DNA from: Actinomycetales bacterium
GTDB taxonomy: Bacteria; Actinomycetota; Actinomycetes; Actinomycetales; Beutenbergiaceae
DNA length: 29,232 nucleotides
Direction: 5' to 3'
NCBI GenBank assembly: GCA_016649925.1
Contig: JAENWO010000001.1
Span: 1 to 29,232, forward strand
Numbering within the stretch: position 1 is the first letter of the stretch; every line of letters starts with the position of its first letter. The position numbers and the translations under genes were made by a program. The notes under the pieces are model-generated. The model had not been told where the DNA came from. It searched no databases and saw nothing but the letters and a program-made list of their open reading frames with translations. This document shows positions 23,525 to 29,232 of the stretch, in pieces.

Positions 23525-25102
23525 ATGAGCACCTCTGGTGAATCGGCGTCGCCCGCCCGCGGCCGGGGGCACCTGCTGTCCGAGCTCGCCGGCACGTTCG
23601 GTCTCGCCGTCTCGCCCACGGGGTCGCAGGACCTCGGTGCGGCGGTCGCCGGACTCTCGCTCGACAACCGCACGATCGCGACCGGTGAGGTCTTCGCCGC
23701 CCTTCCCGGTGCGAAGGCACACGGCGCCGCATTCGCCCGGGCCGCCGTGGACGCCGGTGCCGTCGCGGTCCTCACCGATCCCGACGGCGTCGAGCTCGTC
23801 GGACCGGTGAGCGTCCCGATCCTGGTCAGCGAGGATCCGCGCGGACTTCTCGGCAACCTCGCCGCCTGGGTGCAGGACGCGCCGGCCACGCGGCTGCGCA
23901 CGTTCGGCATCACCGGGACCAACGGCAAGACCACGACGTCGTACCTGCTTGAGTACGCGCTCGCGGCACTCGGGTCCACCACCGGCATGATCGGCACGGT
24001 CGAGCTCAAGGTCGGTGACCACCGCTCGCCGGCGCACCTGACCACCCCCGAGGCTCCCGAGCTGCACGCGCTCCTCGCCCGGATGGTTCTAAGCGGCGTG
24101 CGTGACCTGGTGATGGAGGTCTCCTCCCACGCGCTCGCCCTGCACCGCGTCGACGGCATCGTCTTCGACCTGGTGGCGTTCACGAACCTGACGCAGGACC
24201 ACCTCGACTTCCACGGCACCCTCGAGGACTACTTCGCGACGAAGGCGCAGCTGTTCACGCCCCGGTGGGCGCGCCGTGGCGTCGTCGTGGTGGACGACGC
24301 CTGGGGTCAACTGCTCGCCCGTGAGGCGACCATCGACGTCGTCACGCTCGGCACCCACCTGCGTGGCCCGGACGCGGACTGGCAGGTGAGCACCACCGGC
24401 ACCCGGGGGGACCACACCGACTTCACGATCACGCACCGCGACGGCCGCAGCCTCTCCACCACGATCTGGCTCCCGGGCCACTTCAACGTCGCGAACGCGG
24501 CGCTCGCCCTCGTGATGGCGATCGAGGCCGGCGCCGAGCTGCCCGTCCTGCGCCGGGAGCTCGGTGACGGGCTGCGGCCGGTCGTGCCCGGTCGGATGGA
24601 GCTGGTGGCGCCCGCACCGCGCTGCCTCGTGGACTTCGCCCACAACGCCGAGGCCCTCGAGCTCGCGCTCGCGGCGCTGCGTCCCTGGACGAAGGGCCGC
24701 CTGTTCGTCGTGTTCGGGGCCACCGGCGAGCGCGACCGCGGCAAGCGGGAGGCGATGGGCCGCGTGGCCGTGGAGGGCGCGGACGTCGTCGTCATCACCG
24801 ACGACGACCCGCACGACGAGGACCCCGCCACGATCCGCGCGGAGGTGATGTCCGGCGCGCTGGGCGCCCTCGGCCGGGCTCAACGCGCGGGTCGCACCGT
24901 CGACCTGTTCGACGTGTCGCCGCGACAGGCCGCGATCCGCCGCGCCGTCAGTTTCGCCGGGCCGGCCGATACGGTGCTCGTAGCCGGCCGCGGACACGAG
25001 ACGTGGCAGGAGATCGCCGGGGTGAACCACCACCTCGATGATCGTGAGGAGGTGCGCGCCGCGATGAGCCAGCGCACGCGCACCGTCGGCGTGGACGGAT
25101 GA
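23525..25102 (+). CDS. murE: UDP-MurNAc-dipeptide:diamino acid ligase MurE
   Basis: ITGTNGKTTT, TTPEAPEL, MEVSSHAL, FTNLTQDHLDFH, VPGRME, VDFAHN, FGATGERD, TDDDPH, AGRGHE. Confidence 0.95.
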   Translation: MSTSGESASPARGRGHLLSELAGTFGLAVSPTGSQDLGAAVAGLSLDNRTIATGEVFAALPGAKAHGAAFARAAVDAGAVAVLTDPDGVELVGPVSVPILVSEDPRGLLGNLAAWVQDAPATRLRTFGITGTNGKTTTSYLLEYALAALGSTTGMIGTVELKVGDHRSPAHLTTPEAPELHALLARMVLSGVRDLVMEVSSHALALHRVDGIVFDLVAFTNLTQDHLDFHGTLEDYFATKAQLFTPRWARRGVVVVDDAWGQLLAREATIDVVTLGTHLRGPDADWQVSTTGTRGDHTDFTITHRDGRSLSTTIWLPGHFNVANAALALVMAIEAGAELPVLRRELGDGLRPVVPGRMELVAPAPRCLVDFAHNAEALELALAALRPWTKGRLFVVFGATGERDRGKREAMGRVAVEGADVVVITDDDPHDEDPATIRAEVMSGALGALGRAQRAGRTVDLFDVSPRQAAIRRAVSFAGPADTVLVAGRGHETWQEIAGVNHHLDDREEVRAAMSQRTRTVGVDG

Positions 25103-26562
25103 TCCGGATGCGCCTGGCCGAGATCGCCGACGCCACCGGCGGGGTGGTCATCGGTCCCGACGGCGCACCCGCCGACGGCGCACCCGCCGACGGCGCACCC
25201 GCCGACGCCGCAGCCTCCACGTCCGTCACCGGCGGGGTGGTCATCGACTCCCGGGAGGCGGAGGAGGGCTCGCTCTTCGTCGCGCTGCCCGGGGAACACG
25301 TGGACGGGCACGACTACGTCGCCACCGCGATCGCACGTGGCGCCGCGAGCGCCCTCGTCGCCCGCCCCGTGCCGGGTGTCGCGACGCCGCTCGTGCAGGT
25401 GCCCGACGTGCAACGCGCGCTCGGCGACCTCGCCCGCCACGTCCTGAGCCGGCTCCGCCTCGCCGCCGACGTGCGGGTGGTCGCGATCACCGGGTCGGTC
25501 GGCAAGACCAGCACGAAGGACCTCCTCGCGCAGCTGCTCACCCCGCTCGGTGGCGTCATCGCGCCCGTCGGGTCCTTCAACAACGAGATCGGGCTGCCCC
25601 TGACGGTGCTGCGCGCGGACCGCTCGACCCGCGTGCTCGTCCTCGAGATGGGTGCGGACGCCCCTGGCAACATCACCTACCTGACCGCGATCGCCCCGCC
25701 GGACGTCGCCGTCGTCCTGGCGGTGGGCTCGGCCCACCTGGGTCGCTTCGGGAGCGTGGACGCCATCGCGGCCGCCAAGGCCGAGCTCGTCCAGGGTCTG
25801 CGCCAGCACGGGTTGGCCGTCCTGAACGCCGACGACGCCCGGGTTGCAGCGATGGCGCCCCTGGCGGCCGGTGAGCGGGTCGTCACGTTCGGGAAGAACC
25901 CGGACGCGGACGTGCGTGCCGTGGGGGTCAGCACGGATGCCGAGGGTCACGCGAGCTTCACGCTCCTCCATTCCGGTGCGCGCGCCGACGTCACCCTCGC
26001 GCTGTTCGGCGAGCACCACGTGGCCAATGCGCTCGCCGCCGTCGCCGTCGCCGTCGAGCTCGGCCGGCCGCTGGCGGAGGTCGCGCGCACGCTCGCCACC
26101 GCCGCGGCGCTCAGCGCCCACCGGATGCACGTGGTCGACACGCCCGGCGGTGTCCGCGTGATCGACGACGCCTACAACGCCAACCCCGACTCCACCCGCG
26201 CAGCCCTGGAGGCCCTCGCGGTGATGACCGGCCGGGACCGGCGCAGCGTCGCGGTGCTCGGCGAGATGCTCGAGCTCGGGGAGGCCTCCGGCACCGAGCA
26301 CGACGCGATCGGCCGCCTCGTGGTCCGGCTCGACATCGCCAGGCTCGTCGTCGTCGGCGCGGGCGCCTACCCGATCCACACCGGCGCCCGGCGGGAGGGC
26401 GCCCAGGGGGAGGTGTCCACGTTCGTCGAGACGATCGAGGACGCCTGGGAGCTGTTGCGCACCGAGCTCCGGCCGGGCGACGTCGTGCTTGTGAAGTCCT
26501 CGAAGGGGGCCGGTCTGGCCCGGCTCGGTGACCAGCTCACCACCCTGGGGCAGGCCACGTGA
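25099..26562 (+). CDS. murF: UDP-MurNAc-tripeptide:D-Ala-D-Ala ligase MurF
   Basis: [55 protein letters not shown]. Confidence 0.95.
   Translation: MIRMRLAEIADATGGVVIGPDGAPADGAPADGAPADAAASTSVTGGVVIDSREAEEGSLFVALPGEHVDGHDYVATAIARGAASALVARPVPGVATPLVQVPDVQRALGDLARHVLSRLRLAADVRVVAITGSVGKTSTKDLLAQLLTPLGGVIAPVGSFNNEIGLPLTVLRADRSTRVLVLEMGADAPGNITYLTAIAPPDVAVVLAVGSAHLGRFGSVDAIAAAKAELVQGLRQHGLAVLNADDARVAAMAPLAAGERVVTFGKNPDADVRAVGVSTDAEGHASFTLLHSGARADVTLALFGEHHVANALAAVAVAVELGRPLAEVARTLATAAALSAHRMHVVDTPGGVRVIDDAYNANPDSTRAALEALAVMTGRDRRSVAVLGEMLELGEASGTEHDAIGRLVVRLDIARLVVVGAGAYPIHTGARREGAQGEVSTFVETIEDAWELLRTELRPGDVVLVKSSKGAGLARLGDQLTTLGQAT
25134..25246 (+). repeat. In-frame repeats in murF: 15-bp unit CCGACGGCGCACCCG x3.4 (25157-25207) between two exact 20-bp direct repeats CACCGGCGGGGTGGTCATCG (25134-25153, 25227-25246)
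   Basis: Read directly; encodes [25 protein letters not shown]...-TGGVVI. Confidence 0.9.
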
Positions 26563-27641
26563 TCGCCGTCCTCGTCTCCGGCGCGACCGCGCTGGCCGTG
26601 TCCCTGTTCGGCACGCCGCTGTTCATCCGGTTCCTCGTGCACCGCAACTACGGTCAGTTCATCCGTCAGGACGGTCCGACGGCGCATTTCACCAAGCGCG
26701 GTACGCCCACCATGGGCGGTGTGGTCATCATCGGGGCCACGCTCATCGGGTACACCGGCGCAAACATCTTCGCCGGTCGACTGCCGAACGCCTCCGGCCT
26801 GCTGCTGCTGTTCCTGATGGTCGGTCTCGGCGTGATCGGCTTCCTCGACGACTACATCAAGATCAGCCGGCAGCGCTCCCTCGGGCTGAGCCCGAAGTGG
26901 AAGATGATCGGCCAGGGCGCGATCGGCATCGTCTTCTCGGTCGGTGCCCTGCAGTTCCCGTCCGCGGGGTACCGCACGCCGGCCAGCACCGAGATCTCCT
27001 TCTCCCGCGACATCGGGATCGACCTGGCGTTCGCCGGCACCACCCTCGGGCTGCTGCTGTTCGTGATCTGGTCGAACTTCCTCATCACGGCGTGGTCGAA
27101 CGCGGTGAACCTCACCGACGGCCTCGACGGTCTCGCCACCGGTGTGAGCATGCTCGTATTCGGTGCCTACGTCATCCTCACGCTGTGGCAGACGAACCAG
27201 TGGTGCCAGATCCTCTCCACCGCCGGACCGAGCTGCTACGAGGTGCGAGACCCGCGTGACCTCTCGATCGTCGCGGCCGCGATCGTGGGTGCGTGCTTCG
27301 GCTTCCTGTGGTGGAACGCCTCCCCGGCGAAGATCTTCATGGGGGACACGGGCTCGCTCGCCCTCGGTGGTGCGCTCGCCGGCCTGTCCATCCTGACGCG
27401 CACCGAGGTCCTCGCCGCGATCATCGGTGGACTCTTCGTCATCATCGTGCTCTCCGACGTCATCCAGATCGGCTTCTTCAAGATGACCGGGAGACGGGTG
27501 TTCAAGATGGCGCCGCTGCACCACCACTTCGAGCTGATGGGTTGGGGCGAGGTCACGATCGTCATCCGGTTCTGGATCATCGCCGCCCTGTTCGTGTCCG
27601 TCGGGCTCGCCATCTTCTACGCCGAGTGGATCGTCGGCTAG
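26559..27641 (+). CDS. mraY: Phospho-N-acetylmuramoyl-pentapeptide transferase
   Basis: [50 protein letters not shown]; about 10 TM helices. Confidence 0.97.
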   Translation: MIAVLVSGATALAVSLFGTPLFIRFLVHRNYGQFIRQDGPTAHFTKRGTPTMGGVVIIGATLIGYTGANIFAGRLPNASGLLLLFLMVGLGVIGFLDDYIKISRQRSLGLSPKWKMIGQGAIGIVFSVGALQFPSAGYRTPASTEISFSRDIGIDLAFAGTTLGLLLFVIWSNFLITAWSNAVNLTDGLDGLATGVSMLVFGAYVILTLWQTNQWCQILSTAGPSCYEVRDPRDLSIVAAAIVGACFGFLWWNASPAKIFMGDTGSLALGGALAGLSILTRTEVLAAIIGGLFVIIVLSDVIQIGFFKMTGRRVFKMAPLHHHFELMGWGEVTIVIRFWIIAALFVSVGLAIFYAEWIVG

Positions 27642-27643
27642 CG

Positions 27644-29232
27644 ATGGACGACACCCAGGACATCGACAGCCTCAAGGGCGTCAGGGTCCTCGTCGCCGGC
27701 CTCGGCACGTCCGGCCTCTCCGCGATCGAGGTGCTCCACGAGCTCGGGGCCCACGTGGTGGGCGCGGACGCCGATCCTGGGGCCACCGAGCGGGTCACCG
27801 TGCCGCGGGGCGTGCAGCTGATCGCCAGCGCCGACCCGGAGGAGCTCGCCGAGCGCGCCTGCGCCACCGACCCGGCGATCGTCGTGACCTCTCCGGGGCT
27901 GCGGCCCACCACCCCACTGCTCGAGCGTGCTCTCGCCGAGGGCGCCGAGGTGTGGAGCGAGGTGGAGCTCGCCTGGCGGATCTGCCGGCCCGAGGTTTCC
28001 TGGCTCACCCTGACCGGGACGAACGGCAAGACCACGACCGTGGGGATGCTCGCCTCGATCCTGGCCGCGGGAGGCCTGAGGGCCCCGGCCGTGGGCAATG
28101 TCGGGACGCCGATCGCCGCGACCGTGCTGAACGCACGCTGCGGCTGGCCGCGCCTGGACGCGCTCGCGGTGGAGCTGTCCAGCTTCCAGCTGCACTTCAC
28201 GCACTCGGTCTCCCCGGTGGCGAGCGCCTGCCTGAACATCGCGGAAGACCACATCGACTGGCACGGCTCCTTCGAGGCGTACACCCGCGACAAGGCGCGC
28301 GTCTACGCCCGCACGCGGCGGGCCTGTGTCTACTCCGTGGCGGACCGCGCCACCCGCGACATGGTGGCCGAGGCGGAGGTCCTCGAGGGCGCCCTCGCCG
28401 TCGGGTTCACGGTGGGGGCGCCTGCCGTCGGGCAGGTGGGCGTCGTCGAGGACAGCCTCCTCGACCGCGCGTTCATCCCGGACCGGCACACCCACGCCGA
28501 GCCGCTCGCCTCCCTCGCCGACCTCGCGCACCTGGCCCGGGGCCCGCTGCCCGCGCATATCGTCGCCAACGCCCTCGCCGCCGCGGCGCTCGCGCGCAGC
28601 TACGGCGTCGAGCCGGACGCCGTCGCCCGCGGCCTGCGGTCCTACACCGGCGGCGGTCACCGCATCGAGCTGGTCGCCACGATCGACGGCGTCGCCTGGG
28701 TCGACGACTCGAAGGCCACGAACGCGCATGCGGCGTCCGCGTCGCTCGCCTCGGTCGACGCCGGGCGCGCGGTCTGGGTCGCCGGCGGGCTGGCCAAGGG
28801 TGCTCGGTTCGACGACCTGGTGCGCCGTCGTCGTGACCGGCTGCGCGCCGTCGTCGTGATCGGCGTCGACCCGGAGCCGATCGTGGACGCACTTGAGCGA
28901 CACGCGCCCGAGGTCCCGAGAGTCGTCGTGGGCGCTGGCGACACTGGGGACGTGATGAGGAACGCCGTCGACGCCGCAGCCACGTACGCCCGTCCGGGTG
29001 ACACCGTGCTGCTCGCCCCTGCCTGCGCGTCGATGGACCAGTTCCGTTCCTACGCCCACCGGGGTGACGCCTTCGCGGCCGCCGTCGCGGAGCGGGCGGC
29101 CCGGGCGGCCCGGGCGGCCCGGGTGGCGCTGGCAGGCCCAGTGGCCCAAGTGGCCAGGAATGTCGATGGTGCGCCCGGCGCCGACGGTGTCGAGCTCCAT
29201 GAGGTACGCAAGGCGGCGAAGCGAGCCCGGTA
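27644..29232 (+). CDS. murD: UDP-MurNAc-L-Ala:D-Glu ligase MurD (3' end at or beyond the window edge; absent from the ORF track)
   Basis: My translation from ATG 27644 shows VLVAGLGTSG, TGTNGKTTT, VELSSFQLH, LNIAEDHIDWHG, HRIE, VDDSKATN, LLAPACASMDQF. No stop before the window ends (...CGG TA). Confidence 0.93.
   Translation, partial: MDDTQDIDSLKGVRVLVAGLGTSGLSAIEVLHELGAHVVGADADPGATERVTVPRGVQLIASADPEELAERACATDPAIVVTSPGLRPTTPLLERALAEGAEVWSEVELAWRICRPEVSWLTLTGTNGKTTTVGMLASILAAGGLRAPAVGNVGTPIAATVLNARCGWPRLDALAVELSSFQLHFTHSVSPVASACLNIAEDHIDWHGSFEAYTRDKARVYARTRRACVYSVADRATRDMVAEAEVLEGALAVGFTVGAPAVGQVGVVEDSLLDRAFIPDRHTHAEPLASLADLAHLARGPLPAHIVANALAAAALARSYGVEPDAVARGLRSYTGGGHRIELVATIDGVAWVDDSKATNAHAASASLASVDAGRAVWVAGGLAKGARFDDLVRRRRDRLRAVVVIGVDPEPIVDALERHAPEVPRVVVGAGDTGDVMRNAVDAAATYARPGDTVLLAPACASMDQFRSYAHRGDAFAAAVAERAARAARAARVALAGPVAQVARNVDGAPGADGVELHEVRKAAKRAR
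29093..29155 (+). repeat. 9-bp tandem repeat CGGGCGGCC x3 followed by 4 degenerate units in the murD tail
   Basis: 29093-29119 exact; then CGGGTGGCG, CTGGCAGGC, CCAGTGGCC, CAAGTGGCC. Confidence 0.75.

Noticed and set aside
21649-24219. 856-aa minus-strand ORF, and similar long ORFs at 8364-10703(+), 7071-8309(+), 16766-18736(+), 15660-17441(-), 19527-21167(-), 24880-26379(-), 27638-29200(-)
   Set aside because: Antisense or alternate-frame shadows of well-supported genes. Expected from stop-codon scarcity at high GC; no recognisable motifs.
29166-29232. Start of ftsW
   Set aside because: Only 22 codons are visible and none is diagnostic, so it is not called as a feature.
1-29232. tRNA, rRNA, CRISPR arrays, transposases, prophage genes
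   Set aside because: None recognised. Nearly all sequence is accounted for by core genes and short spacers.

Overview
High-GC actinobacterial chromosome segment, probably Micrococcales (inferred from gene content and synteny). It is mostly core genome. Left to right: dinG 3' part, ldh, lexA, a LysM-domain division-inhibitor-like gene, nrdR, an aldo/keto reductase, a decaying AAA-kinase/GNAT pair, DUF5302, serA, a HelD-family helicase, a PAC2-family protein, a cold-shock protein, a spermidine-synthase-like methyltransferase, a SAV_6107-type HEPN gene plus dinB, DUF3040, a transglutaminase/DUF58/MoxR operon, and the dcw cluster (mraZ, mraW RNA motif, rsmH, ftsL, ftsI, murE, murF, mraY, murD running off the end). 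I found no tRNA, rRNA, CRISPR array or IS element. The most informative signals are non-coding: (1) a LexA box inside a TTGACA promoter, which would put the HEPN gene and dinB in the SOS regulon; (2) three arrays of MraZ-type GTGG boxes, two of them inverted and flanking mraZ; (3) tandem NrdR boxes before a stand-alone nrdR; (4) three SOS boxes plus a RecA-independent (PafBC-type) promoter motif between lexA and the LysM gene; (5) several leaderless promoters. Coding oddities include three reconstructable lesions in the AAA kinase gene, a non-DAP-type MurE motif, and repeat expansions in murF and murD. All family assignments come from motif recognition by eye; no database search was run.
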